Assembly (NCBI GenBank): GCA_016748015.1
Contig: JAAOMT010000529.1
Location: 252,848-316,847, forward strand
DNA from: Geosiphon pyriformis uo1
Lineage: Eukaryota > Fungi > Glomeromycota
DNA length: 64,000 nt
Direction: 5' to 3'
How positions within the stretch are numbered: position 1 is the stretch's first letter; every line of letters starts with the position of its first letter. The notes under the pieces are model-generated. The model was not told the DNA's origin. It saw only the letters and a program-made list of their open reading frames with translations, and did no database searches. A program made the translations under genes and the position numbers. Positions 35,801 through 49,700 of the stretch are shown one piece after another.

Positions 35801-38800
35801 CTGATAATGACCAAGACAAATCAACAAACTGGGAATGGAAAGAAACGGACAAGAGAAAGGGAAAGGAGAAGGAAAAAGAAACCACCCTTATCAGTAGCAC
35901 TTATAGTTCATATGCTTACACTTCATTACAACCATCCAATTATCATCGACCAAAATTAGAATGTGTTGATTGTGGCAAGAAGTTGTTGTTAATGGATGCA
36001 TGCTGTGGCAATGATAAGGAATACTCCATGGCAACAAAATTCTATTGCTGCCCATGCATTATAGAATGCTTTGGATGACTGAAACAACAAGGAAAATGGG
36101 ACAACCAACTATGTCTCACATGTGGAACCATTTTGCCTGATAAAAAAATGTGGAATGACATTCCTGGATGTGGAAGAACATGCGATGAGATGTGTCAATA
36201 CATAATTCTAATCAATAACTGGGTATGCAAGAGAACACCAATTGACAACGCCTGAAAATGAGCATTGCAATAATTAGAAGAATATCCTCACAATGAAGAT
36301 AAACTCTGGAGAATGGCAAGTGTGAAAGCAGAAGGTGCAACAACCAGCAAACTACTGGAAATCAAAAACAACCCTCTATCTTTTTTTGAACCTGAATATG
36401 TCCAAACTTTCAACATCTTTGGCAATATTGAAGATAATTCAGAGGAATTCCACAAACATTACCAGCAATTAACACCCATCAGAGAAGAGCAGGAACAATG
36501 CTTGGAAGAAATAAACATCCAATTATGTGACCACTGTTTAATTCCATGTGATTTCTAGTATTGCAATGAGTGTGACCTTATTTACAATTCACTATCACAC
36601 ATAATCTACATGATCCCAGAAGAAAACAAACCAATGAGCAACTACATATTGGAATTGGAATCAGTTTTCAATCTTAATTCAAACTCTGACAATAATGACG
36701 ATAAAAACACTGGTTCTAGCTCTGCTTAAAATGGCAACAAAAATAACAACAATTTAGACCCTGATTCAAACTCCAAAATATATATTGCCCTCCCTGATCT
36801 TACTAAGGAGCAAGAACTGAAATAGTTCAGTGATAATAATGAAGGTATTATGCCTGAATGTGTGCATGATACTAATGCAGGATTTGATCTGAAATATCTG
36901 GGAAAAGATTTTATCAAATTGGAACCTCATTTGTGTATTTGCATCGATCTGAAAATAGCACTGGAAATTCTAACAACAACAATAGTTCAATTAGCATTCA
37001 GGAGTAGTTTAGCAAAAAGGGGAATCAACATCAGAGGAGGAATAATTAATGCAGAATACATAAGAAATATCATTGTTATGCTACAAAATAACTCAGAAAA
37101 AGTATATACCATAGATCTAAATAAAAAGATAGCACAAGCAATATTCCTACCTCTGATGAAAGTAGCCCAGCTAGTGTTAGTGGGAAACAGAGAAGAATTA
37201 GGGATTACAGCTAGAGGAATATAAAGATTCAGATCAATGGGTAGAATAGATATATTAGTTAATATGGCAGAGGAAAATATTGTTAACAAAGGAGAAATTA
37301 TCTCAAACCATCAAACAATTTCCATTCTACCATATGACCAGTATATGTTAGTTATAAAAAGAGAAGTAAAGAATCAAGCTCAGTTGTTTGAAGCAGAAAC
37401 TACCATTTGAAAATCAGAAGAAATTGGACTCACCAATCTCTACATATTAGTCAATAGCCCCAAGAATATCAAAATTCCCATCTACAATACAATAGAACGT
37501 GTTATTGAAATACCAAAAAGAACCATCATTGGATATTTAACCACCGAAGTTGAAGACCAATCACCAAACCATATTCCAAATTTTTCACAGTTTTGTGAAT
37601 ATGTGGACATCACATCACAAACCATCTATGAACAAAGTGAATGTTATCTGCTCCAACTAGAACAATTGGAACAGATAAACATGGGAAATCTAGACCCACT
37701 CCAACAAATGCAATTAAAAACATTACTCAGCAACTTTAATGACATCTTTGCCAGTGAAAACGAATTTGGCAGAACCAACATCATATAGCATCAAATCAAA
37801 ACTGGAGATGTAATACCAATTAAACAAAGAGCATACAGAGTATCACTAGCTAGCCATGAGATCATTTGTCAAGAAATTAACTGAATGCTTAACAATGGGC
37901 TAATTCAGCCATCAATAAGCCTATGGTCATCACCAGTGGTACTAATCCAGAAGAAAAATAGGAAAATTTGCTTTTGTGTAGATTACTGGAAACTGAATAA
38001 AGTAACCAAAAGAGATAGCTATCCAATACCCAAAATTCAAAAGCTGTTCAATGCTTTTGAAGGAAATAAATGGTTCTTGACACTAGATTTAGATAGTGAT
38101 TACTGGCAAGTAGCCATGGATCCAGCCAACAAAAAGAAAACAGCATTTACTACAAGAGAAGGAAATTTTGAATTTGAAGTCATGTTATTTGGATTGATGA
38201 ATGCACCAGCCACATTCCAATGGCTAATGGAAATTGTATACACTGGACTACTATGGAAGTCAGTAGTCATATACTTGGATGATACCAATGTGTTCTCAAA
38301 AACATTTGATGATCATTTGCATCATCTTCAACAAGTGTTTGAAAAGTTAAAAAGAGCCGGACTGAAATTAAATGCAACCAAATGTTTCTTTGGAAAAACT
38401 GAACTCAAGTTTTTGGGACATGTGGTGAGCAAAGATAGAATTAAAACAGATCCAGACAAAATTGAAATTGTTAAAAACTTTTTAGTACCATATAATCTCA
38501 CAAAATTGAGAGCATTCTTGGGATTTGCCGGATACTACCACCACTTTATCAAGGACTTTTCCAAAATAGCTCAACCACTACATCAACTCCAAACAAAGAA
38601 TGTGAAGTACAAATAGACAGAAACTCAACAAAAAGCTTTTAACATATTAAGAAGAAAGCTTATTCAAGCTCCAGTATTGATGTATCCAGATTACAACAAA
38701 CCATTTATTATTACTACCAATGCATCCAGCCAAGCATTGGGAGCAGTACTATCACAAAAAAGACTGGATAGAAGAGAGCATTCAGTAGCATACACCAGTA

Positions 38801-39075
38801 AAAGCCTAAGTCCAGCTGAAAAAAACTATGGAATGCCAACACTAGAACACTTAGCTATCTATTGGGCTGTCATCAAGTGGAGAAAATACTTGAGCCAAAA
38901 GTTTGATGTATATACTAATCACAAAAAATTAACATCAATTCAGAAACAAAAATTTGCAGACAATTGCCATGTTAGATAGAAGATAAAACTTTCACTTTTT
39001 AATTATACAGTACATTATAAAAAAGAAAAAAACAACAGAAATGCTGATGGATTGTCACAAATGAGACAAATCTAA
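32860..39075 (+). pseudogene. Gypsy-1 gag-PR-(Cys-rich)-dUTPase-RT-RNase H polyprotein, single frame with many nonsense mutations
   Basis: ORF fragments at 32860, 33841, 35467, 36313, 36850, 37885 and 38677 share one frame. Capsid-like KLEKFTGKE, degenerate knuckle near 34575-34620, protease LILDSG (~35275), dUTPase AGFDL/RSSLA/IAQAIF (36850-37245), RT WSSPVVL and YLDD (38272-38283), RNase H ending NADGLSQMRQI*. Confidence 0.92.
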
Positions 39076-39106
39076 AAAAAATTTCAACCCAAAAATATAA
39101 CAAAAA

Positions 39107-40370
39107 ATGAATATACAAAAATACCAACAACTTCAATATTATATAAACACCTAATTGTTCAAGGAGAAATTATCTCAAAAAGAACAAAGAAACATAAAAC
39201 AACAATCAAAATATTTTATCAATTATCAAAATATACTTTACTAAAAGAACAGAAAAAATTCAGATTAACCAACTAGAGTAATCACAAAACCAGAAAAAGA
39301 GACAATATTATTCAACATACACTCAGACCTAACAGCAGGACATTTTTATAAAAAAGCAACCATAGAAAGAATCAGAAAGAGATATTATTAGCCATCAATG
39401 TATCCAGACATCATTTAATATGTTCAGAATTGTGATGCTTGTCAGAGAAGAGGTAAAATAAGACCAAGTGAACCATTAAAACCAATCAAAGTGGAACAAC
39501 CATTCGATCGCATTGGAATTGACTTAATTGGACCATTAACAATCACCAGCAGAGGCAACAGATATATTGCAGTAGCCATGGACTATCTCACTAAATAGCC
39601 AGAAGCAAAAGCCATTCAAAGAGCAGATGCAGAATTTGTTGCCGAATTCATTCACCAAGACTTGATTTGTCAACATGAATGTTCAAAAAAACTACTATCA
39701 GATCAAAAAACTCACTTTGTGAACAGAACATTAACAAAATTAAGTCAGAGATTTGAAATCAAAAGACCATTATTATTATTATACCATTCACAAACAAATG
39801 GGTTAGTTGAGAGATTTAACAAAACATTGTGTGAAGCAATTGCCAAAATCAGTCAGAAAAACCAGGACAAATAGGATTTGTTTATACCATCAGTACTATT
39901 TGCTTATCAGACAATGAAGCAAGACACTACACAAGCAACATCATTTGAATTAGTATATGGTAGAACAGCAACATTACTAGTTGAGATAGAAGTCAATACA
40001 TATCCAACTAAACCAATAACAGAAGCCAATTTTCAAGAAACATTGTTGAAAAGAACATATGACTTAATAGAAACACTAGAAAACAGATGATGAAAAGCAG
40101 CTAATAACATTCAAAAGTCACAAGAAAGACAAAAAAAAGACATGATAACCAACTATCAGATAAACCAGTTGAATTCAAGATTGAAGACAAAGTACTTTTA
40201 CATTGTACCAAAGTGGAAAAACAATGGAGTGGAAAATTTGATCCCAAATGAGACAGACCATTTCACATAGAAGAAATTCTTGAAAATGGAGCTTATAAAT
40301 TAGATAGAACAACAAAATTTTAGCCAAAGCAGTACATGGTGATCGACTGAAACCATATCATCAGATAGCA
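39107..40370 (+). pseudogene. Gypsy-1 integrase (HHCC, DDE, GPF), in a different frame from RT-RNase H
   Basis: ATG at 39107; HSDLTAGH...CDAC; IGIDLIGPL, SDQKTHF, NGLVERFN; degenerate GPF/AYKL near 40255-40300. Confidence 0.9.
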
Positions 40371-40464
40371 TTATTATTCACCAATAACATTCCACAACTA
40401 GGAGTACAAAGAATATTAGTTTAACCAGATAAGATTCCATGAGATCTGAAACCAATCATAGTTA

Positions 40465-41178
40465 TTGAACCAAACACGTCAAATTAAACAACCCAAAAGA
40501 GTATATAAAGACACAATACACATGACAAAAGCAACCAAAAAAATAAAAATACCAGAGCATATTTACACTATAGCTCAACAACTGTTTCAGGCCTTAAGTC
40601 AACAACAATTAGACATAGAAATTATTGTTAACAACCAAACAATTTGCTATTAAAACACCAAAAAAAAGACAAAAAACACTTCATATCAACAGTTACCAAA
40701 GAATGATAAAAACTGATCAGATAACATAATAGAAAAAGTAAAGAACACTTTTGGGAAAATACCTATTATGGCACCAACAAAAGAACTTACAAAAGAGAAT
40801 TAAAAACAATAAACAAAACAACTTCCAATATCATACTGTTACTACCAGTTAGGTCGGAAGTTGAATATTCAGGAGTTGTATACTGACAAATCCAAGAGAA
40901 TATTCAACCAAGACATAATACAACAAATTGAAGAATTTATCAGAAAGAAAACGAATTCAACACTACATGTTAAAACAATGTACCAACTACACAACATATT
41001 TCGAAACTATCCAGAAATACTGTTACACTCTGACATGGAAACCATAACTATTAACCAATGGGGAAGGATGAACAATACACAAGTAGAAAACGTGAGAAAC
41101 AGAGTCGAACAAACAATACTTAAAAAAGAAATATTAGAACTAATTCAAAATAAAAATTTCAACAGAGCTCAATATTAA
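40465..41178 (+). pseudogene. Gypsy-1 ORF3 of unknown function between integrase and PPT
   Basis: ORFs 40465-40653 and 40861-41178 in the same frame; homologous readings in all four Gypsy copies; ends RAQY* directly at the PPT. Confidence 0.75.
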
Positions 41179-41192
41179 AAAAGAGGAGATAA

Positions 41193-41992
41193 TATTACTC
41201 ATAAAAAGAAAACAGATATATAAAAAAAATAGTAGACCAATAAGTGAGTAGTAGTTAGTCCGTAAGTATATTGCTCAGCGATGTGGAATGATGTCAAGAA
41301 AAGATGGCACATTGCTCAGCAATGTGAGTATTGCTTGAGAAATTATAGCACATCACTCAAAAATGTAAGCAATCTCATAAAACCCAAATTATGTATATAT
41401 AGTGGTAGCATTAAAAGTAGAAAAAACAGACCTTTCAATTTAGATTTAATCTAAGCAACCTTCTATTAAAAAATATCAAATAAATAATTATTCACCATCT
41501 CAATTCACCTTCCACTATTAATACTTCATGTTGATAGTAATTGATACTTAACCATACTGAAACAATAGCTCTTGATCACGGCTATTGATGGGATACTAAT
41601 TTGCAATTGCTTTCATTTATTTTCTTTATTTTTTTTCTATTTCTTTTATTATTTCTTTGGTTTTACTAAATTGATTAAAAATTAAGTACTGAGATACAAA
41701 TGTTATAAGGACTAGTAAAAAACCTGTAAAACAAGGATAGAACATTCATAGATTTGAGGATAGCTTACCAGAAAGATTACTGGCCACTATGCTGAGAAAG
41801 AAATTTGATGAAATTGCAATTCCAGGAGGCTACTGAAAACAACTATTCAATCTTTGTCTATTATACAAAGAACTTCACAACAAAACCTTCAGATCAACAC
41901 AAAATCTTTAGATATTAACACCAAAGTACCAACCATGCACCAAGTTACAGATTTGTTATTTAACTTAAGACTCTAAATAATCATCTATAACA
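41193..41992 (+). repeat. Gypsy-1 3' LTR (800 bp), preceded by PPT at 41177-41189
   Basis: TATTAC...ATAACA (mutated TG...CA termini); PPT AAAAAAGAGGAGA; only three 40-bp repeat units. Confidence 0.95.
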
Positions 41993-43768
41993 CTGATAAG
42001 TAATTGTACAAAGCTTTTATAAAATATAAATATAAACTAGCAATAAATTTATTTGTAAAATCAGTTACTATATGTAAGTCAAAATACCAGATTGAGAAAG
42101 TTCAAATTAAATACATATATTTTGCCATATTTATATTAATAATGTCAAATCCAAGCCCAATCTTCTAGTGTGTACAATAAACAGCCCTAAAAATTTTATG
42201 AATAAAATAACAAATATTCTTAGATATTATCATCCTACTAATCTTAATATATTTTTTATTAATAATAACAGAAAGCATTAAATTCGAATATGAAGTTAAA
42301 TTGGCTAGCTTATCAGCATACTTATTGCCCAATACACCCAAATGTCTCTTAACTTTATTTTAAAAGACATTAAGTCTTTTACTTCTAACAGAATTTATAA
42401 CACAATGTTTTTTTAACCAGCAACTATTATAAAAGTTTGGTAAATTCATGTTTAATTTCATAACACAAGTATTTAAAGCAGTTTAACTGTCTGAATACAT
42501 TATAACAGTACTGTAAGTTAGAACATACTTCAAAACCAGAACAATTGCTTAGAATTCTACTATTGTAAAAGATACCAAACCACCAATTTTAATACCAACA
42601 TTAATATTTAAATCAAGAAAATACAGTCATACTATATCTTATTTTATATATATCCAAGTTTTTTAAAGACTTATCTGTATAAACATTAACAACATCTAAA
42701 TTAGTATTAGAAAGACACAATTTGATTTCAGAAAAGCCACCAATATCAAAAATATTTGAAGGCCAGAAGCTATTAATAAGCAACTGAATATTAAGATAAA
42801 ATACAGAACTGGCCAAAAAATTATGTGCTATCCCAAATTAAACAGAAACCAGACCCTTAAGATCAAGTTTTTTTTAATAATAAAAGCTCTTTTAGTCAAA
42901 AACCAACTCTTTCTTATTATACAATTATTCAACAAAGGCAATACCAAATCTTCTAAATAAACAAAAAATATTATAGAACACCAAATCTCTTAAAACAAAA
43001 AACATTAGAATGTTACCAAAAAAATGGAATACAAAGAAAAGATTATTATTAAGAAACATGTTATAATCCAAAAATATCTTTACTATATTAGCCAAAAGTT
43101 GTTAACTAGACTGACTCTTAGCTTCATAAAACAATACAAAGAGTAAATAGAAAATTAATCCAAAATTTGCAAATCCAAAGACCTATAATCAAACAGATAA
43201 CCAAAAATCTTACTAATATTTAAAAAACTCAATACAGAAGCTGCTTTATTCTTAGCTTGTATTTGCTTAAACAATTTCAAGTTATATAATAATAAATGAT
43301 AAAGAGTTTTATTAGGAAAATTTTTCAGCAAACCAGCTTTTATTCTCAAACTCTTCTTAATTAGTGTATCTTACTTATTACACATACTTTTAGAGATAAA
43401 ATTAAACTAAGTTCTGTAACCAACTATAGACTACAGCACAACTGAAACCAAATAAAAAAACTGTTTGTCTAAGATGGCTTTTTTCAAGACCAAATTAACA
43501 AAAAATCTGATGTTAGAGTAAGTTTTTACTAAACTAGGTCTTAATAAACTCTCAGAAAACAAAAAAATACCAAGATATCTGTAAAACTCCCTTTTCTAAA
43601 TAATAGATATTGGCAGACCACTTATTATTAATGAGACATTTCTTATTTTCTGATTAATAAAAATGGCTACCATCTTTTCATTGTTTATTGAAATGTTATT
43701 TATTTTAAAAAAATTACTTGCAATATTTAAAATATGTTAAGTAGCAACTTGACTACTTCTTATCTAAA
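41993..43768 (-). mobile_element. Decayed LINE ORF2 segment (C-terminal RT, RNase H), 5'-truncated
   Basis: Remnant motifs YRYLGIF, RIKAGLLKNFPNKTLYH, RNase H VNVYTDKSL...MYSDS...KVKRHLGVLGNKYADKLA, and YFIKAL at the Gypsy-1 junction. Confidence 0.75.
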
Positions 43769-46700
43769 TTGAATGGTGTTGGTATTATCTAAAAAGTTAA
43801 GTATCTGAAGATTTTAATTAAGTTTTTTGTATAATGAACAGATATTTAAGTGTTGTTTTTCCTGTAGTTTCTTGGAATTGCAATTTCATTGAATTTTTTC
43901 CTTAATATAGTAGTTGACAATCTTCCTGATAAGCTATCCTTAATAATGAATGTTCTATCCTTGTTCTTGGGTTTTTTACCAGTATTATATCTTGATGTCA
44001 ATACTTTCGCATATTAATTAATTAGTAAACAAACAAACAGAAAAAAAAATAAATAAATAAATAAAAAAAATAATAAAAAGAGAAAATAAAATAAGCCAAG
44101 ACAAGAAAAAGTTAGTATCTTATTAATAGCTGTGATCAAGAGTTATTGGTCCAATATAATTAAGTATTAGATACTATTAATATAAGGTATTAATAGTAAG
44201 AAGATGAATTTAGATAGTGAATATTTATTTTATTAATATTAATGATTATTTAACTAAAGATTCTTGGATTTTATTTTAACTAAGATGTTTTCATTGCTAG
44301 ATTTGTTTTTTCTGCTTTTAATGCTCTCGTTATATATACATAATTTGGGTTTTATGAGATCACTCATATTTTTAAGCAATGTGCTATTATTTCTTGAGTA
44401 ATGTTTACATTGTTAAGCAATATTTTATAATTCCTAACAATGTTTTACATTGCTAAGCAATATGCTTATGTGTTAACTACTAGTTTTCTATTGGTCTATT
44501 TGTTTTTTCTACTATTTTTTTGTATGCTTTTTTTATAAGTAACATTATTTTCTCTTTTTAATATTGAGCTTTATCGAAATCTTCATTTTGAATTAGTTCT
44601 ATAACTTCTTTTTTTAGTACCATTTGTTCAATTCTGTTTCTTATATCTTTGATTTACAAATTGTTCATTCTTTTCTATTGGTTAATGGTGATTGTTTCCA
44701 TGTCTAGATGTAACAATATTTCTGGGTAGTTTTGAAAGATTATGTATAGTTAATAGATTGTTTTAATGTGTAGTGTCAGATTTGTTTTCTTTCTAATAGT
44801 GTTTTCAATGTTTTGTATTATTTCTTGATTGAATATTCTTTTAGATTTATTAAAATATAACTTCTAAATATCCAACTTTTGTCTTAATTAATAATAGTAG
44901 TATAGTATTGGAAGTTGTTCTATCTATTGTTTCCAATTTTCTTTTGAGAGTTCTTCTGTTGGAGTTATGATGGGTATTTTTCCAAAAGTGTTCTTTACTT
45001 TTTTAATTATCTTATTCAACTAGTGTTTTGTTTGGTTCTGAAGTTGTTAATATAGTGTATTCTTTGTTTTTCTTTTTTGTTTGGTGTTTTAATAGCAGAT
45101 TGTTTGATGGTTGATAACAATTTTTATGTTTAATTGTTGTTAATTTAAGGCCTAAAATAATTGTTAAGCTAAAGTGTAGATATGATCTGGTATTTCTATT
45201 TTCTTTGTTGCTTTTATTACATATATTATGTTTTTATATACTCTTTTGGTTGATCAACTTGATGTGTTTGAATCAATGATTATAATTGGTTCCAGATTTT
45301 ATGGAATTTTATCTGGTTGAACTAGTATTTGTTGTACTTTCAGTTATGAAATATTACTGATAAATAATGCTGCTGTATTGTAATATGGTTTTAGTTAATT
45401 TCCATGTGCTGCTTTAGCTAAGATTTTGTTGTCTCATCTTAATTTATAAGCTCTATTTCCTAAAAATTTTTCAATGTGAAATGGTTTATTCTATTTAAGG
45501 TCAAATTTTCTATTTTATTGTTTTTTTACTTTGGTATAATGTAAGAGTACTTTGTCTTCAATCTTGAATTCAACTAGTTTATTTGATAATTGGTTATTAT
45601 GTTATTCTTTTTGTTTTTCTTGTGATTTTTGAATGTTATTAGCTGTTCTCTATCTTTTGTTTTCCAACATTTTTATTAGTTTATATGTTTTTCTTAACAA
45701 TGTTTTTTGTAAGTTGGCTTCTGTTATTGGTTCTGTTGGATATGTATTAATGTTTATCTCCATTAGTAATATTGCTGTTCTACTATAAACAAGTTTAAAT
45801 GGTGTTGCTTGTATAGTATCTTGCTTCATTGTCTGATAAGCAAATAATACTAATAATATAAACAAATCTTATTTGTCCTGGTTTTTTTGACTGATTTTGG
45901 CAATTGCTTTACACAATATTCTGTTGAACCTTTCAATTAAACCATTTGTTTATGGATGATATAATGATGATAATGGTCTCTTAATTCCAAATCTTTGGCT
46001 TAATTTTACTAATGTTCTGTTTATAAAGTGAGTTTCTTGATCTAATAACAATTTTTTTGGACATCCATATTAACAAATCAAATTTTGATAAATGAATTTG
46101 GCTATGAATTTTGTATCTGCTCTTTGAATTGCTTTTACCTCTGGCCATTTTATGAGATAATTTATGGCAACTGCTATATAATGATTGTTTCTGCTAGTTA
46201 TTGTTAATAGTCCTACTAAGTCAATTCCAATTCTATTAAATAGTTGTCCCATTTTAATTGGTCTTAATGGTTTGTTAGGTCATGTTCCTCCTCTTTTCTG
46301 ACAAGCATCACAATTTTGAACATATTAGATAATATCTGGATATATTGATGACTAATAATATTTTTTTCTGGTTCTTTCCATAGTTGCTTTTTTATGAAAA
46401 TGTTTTGTGGTTGAATCTAAGTGCATGTTGTATAATATTGTTTCTTTTTCTGGTTCTGTAATTACTCTAAGTGGTTAATCTGGATCTTTTCTGTTTTTTC
46501 AATATAATATATTTTAATAAATGATAAAATATTTGAATTGTTGTTTGATGTTGTTTTGTTCCTCTTGAGATAATTTTTTCTGAAACTGTTGAATATTAAT
46601 ATAATATTGGAGTTGTTGATATTTTTGTGTGTTCATCTTTTGTTATATTTTTGGATTGAAAATATTTTTTAGATTTGTCTTATTTGCAACAAACCATCAG

Positions 46701-49700
46701 CATTTCCATTTTTTTTTCCCTTTTTATAATGTACTATATATTTGAATAGTGAAAGTTTTATTTTCTATCTAACATGACAGTTATCTCTAAATTTTTGCTT
46801 CTGAATTGATGTCAATTCTTTGTGATCAGTATATATGTTGAATTTCTGGCTTAAATATTCTTTCTATTTTATAACTGCCTAATAGATAGCTAAGTGTTCT
46901 AGTGCTGGTGTTTCATAGTTTTTTTTGGTTGGATTCAAACTTTGGCTGATATATATAACTGGATATTCTTGTTTATTCAGTCTTCTCTGAGATAGTATTG
47001 CTCTCAATGCTTGATTAGATGTATTGGTAGTAATAATGAATGACTTATTATAATCTGGATAAATTAGTACTAGAGTTTGAATAAGTTTTTTTTTTAATAT
47101 ATTGAAAGCTTGCTAAATTTCAATTCATTTATATTTCATATTTTTGGCTTGAAGTTGGTAGAATAGTTAAACCAGTTTGGAGAAGTTCTGGATAAAGTGG
47201 CAATAATATCTAGCAAATCTTAAAAATGCTCTTAATTTGGTAAGATTTATTGGTACTGAAAAGTTTTTGACAATTTCAATTTTGTCTGAATCTGTTTTGA
47301 TATCATTTTTGCTTACAACATATCCCAAAAATTTCAGTTTTGTTTTGCCAAAGAAGTATTTGTTTGCATTCAGTTTCAATTCAGTTTTTTTTAGTCTTTC
47401 AAACACTTGCTGTAGATAATGAAGATGTTCATCAAATGTTTTTGAGAATACATTGGTATCATTCAAGTAGACAATTACTGATTTCTATAGTAGTCCAGTA
47501 TAAACAATTTCTATTAGCTGTTGGAAGATGACTGGCATATTGGTTAAACCAAATAACATAACTTTAAATTCAAAATTTTTTTCTTTGGTAGTGAATACAG
47601 TTTTTTATTTATTAGCTGAATTTATGATTATTTGCCAGTAACCACTATTTAGATCCAATGTTGAGAACCATTTTTTTTCTTCAAATACATTAAATAATTT
47701 CTGAATCCATGGTGTTGAGTAGCTGTCTTCACAAATTATACTGTTGAGTTTTCTATAATCTACACAAATGCAAATTTTCCTATTCTTTTTCCAGACTAGT
47801 ACCACTAATAATAATCATGAACTCATTAATAGTTGAATTAATCTGTTGTCTAACATTTGGTTGATTTCTTGTCAGATGATTTCATGGCTTGCTGGTGGTA
47901 CTTTGTATGTTCTTTGTTTAATTGACATTGTATTTCCAGTTTTAATCTGGTACTGGATAATGTTAGTTCTGCTAAATTCATTTTCATTGGCAAAGATGTC
48001 AATGAAATTGTTAAACAACATCTTGAGTTATATTCATTGAAGTGAATTTAAGTTTTCCAAATTTATTTGTTCCAATTGTTCTGATTAGAGCAAATAACAT
48101 TCTTTTTGTCTGTATATTGTTTGTGATGTAATATCCACATATCCACAAAGTTGTAAAAAATCCGAAATAGTGCTTAGTAGTTGGTTCTCAACTTCAGTGC
48201 TTAAATATCTGATGGTAGTTTTGCTTGGTATTTTTATGGTGTCTTCAGTTGTGTTGTGGATGGGAATCTTAATATTTTTGTCATTTTTAGCCAATATGTA
48301 AAGATTGGTAATAGCAATCTCTCTTGATTCACAAATTGTAACTTTTGCTTCAAAAATCTGGAGCTGATCTCTTACTTTTCTTTCTATAATTACTAAATAC
48401 TGGTTATATAATAAGATGAAAATTGATTGACAGATGAAAATAATTTCTTCTTTGTTAATAACTTTTTTTTCTGCCATATTAATTAGTATGTCTATTCTAT
48501 CTGTGAATCTAAATTCACTTATTTCTCTTGCTGTTATCCTTAATTCTTCTTTTTTTCTTACTAATATTAACTAAGCTATTTTAACCAAAGACAGGAATAT
48601 TGTCTGTGCTATCTTTTCATTTGGCTCAATAATGTAAGTCTTTTCTGAGTTGTTTTGTAGTATTGCAATAATATTTCTTACATATTCTGCATTAATTATT
48701 TCTCCTCTTATATTAATCTCCTTTTTCACTAAACTATTCCTAGATGCTAATTAAACTATTTTTGTTACTAGAATTTTCAGTGCTACTTTCAGATCAATAC
48801 AGATGCATAAATGTGATTCCAATTTGATCACATTTTTTCTTGGATATCTTAAATTAAATCCTGTATTAGTATTATGTGCTTGTTTTGGCATAATATCTTC
48901 ATTATTATTATTAAACCATTTAAGTTTTTGCTCTTTGAACAAATCAGGGAATGTAATATATTGTTTTGGGTTTAAATCAAAGTCTGACTAGTTGTTGTTA
49001 TTGGTGTTGCCATTTTGGATTGAGCTAGAACTATTGTTTTTATTATTATCATTAGAGTTTGAATTCGATTCTAATTTCAATACACAATTGCTAATTGGTT
49101 CTTCTTTTTCTTCTGAGGTTGTGTAAATCATGTGTAGTGATGGATTGTAAATAAGATTACACTTATTACAATATTGAAAATCACATGAAATCAAACAATA
49201 GTCACATAGTCAGGTGTTTAGTTGTTCTAAATATTGCTTTTGCTCTTTTTTGGTAAGTGCTAAGTCTTAATAATGTTTGTAGAATTGTTTTGAATTCATA
49301 GTATCAAAGACAATATTAGAGTTTAGAATCCAATTGAGTTTTATGAGTTCTGGTGAGTTATTTTTAATTTCTCTTATTTTTTCAATTAACACACCTTCAA
49401 TTTTGGTAAAAGCTATTTGCCAGATTTTGTTGTCATTGTGTAAACAACCATCTAGATATTTTATAGCTCTTCTCCAGACAGTGTCTATGGACATGTTTTT
49501 TCTTATCCAATTACTAATTAGAATTGTGTATTGATACAATTTGTTACATGTTTTTCTACAACCAGAAATGTTGTTCCATATTTTTTTACCTAAAAAAGTT
49601 TCCTTACATATAAGACATGGTTTGTTGTTATTTTTCTTGTTTTTTTGGTTATTTAAAGTATTCAAAGACATATAGGCAGCAGTAGTATTTGGTGGCCATT

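Larger units (their letters stand above)
31922..41992 (+). mobile_element. Gypsy-1: full-length Ty3/Gypsy LTR retrotransposon (10,071 bp), inactivated by point mutations
   Basis: Two LTRs, PBS, PPT, 4-bp TSD CTGG (31918-31921)/CTGA (41993-41996). Internal order gag-PR-Cys-rich-dUTPase-RT-RNase H-IN-ORF3. Confidence 0.96.

Noticed and set aside
24074-37245. Functional link between host UNG and the nearby retroelement dUTPase
   Set aside because: The Gypsy family is multi-copy and UNG is a housekeeping gene; proximity is most likely chance.
40465-41178. ORF3 as an envelope gene
   Set aside because: Short, with no signal peptide or transmembrane segment visible.
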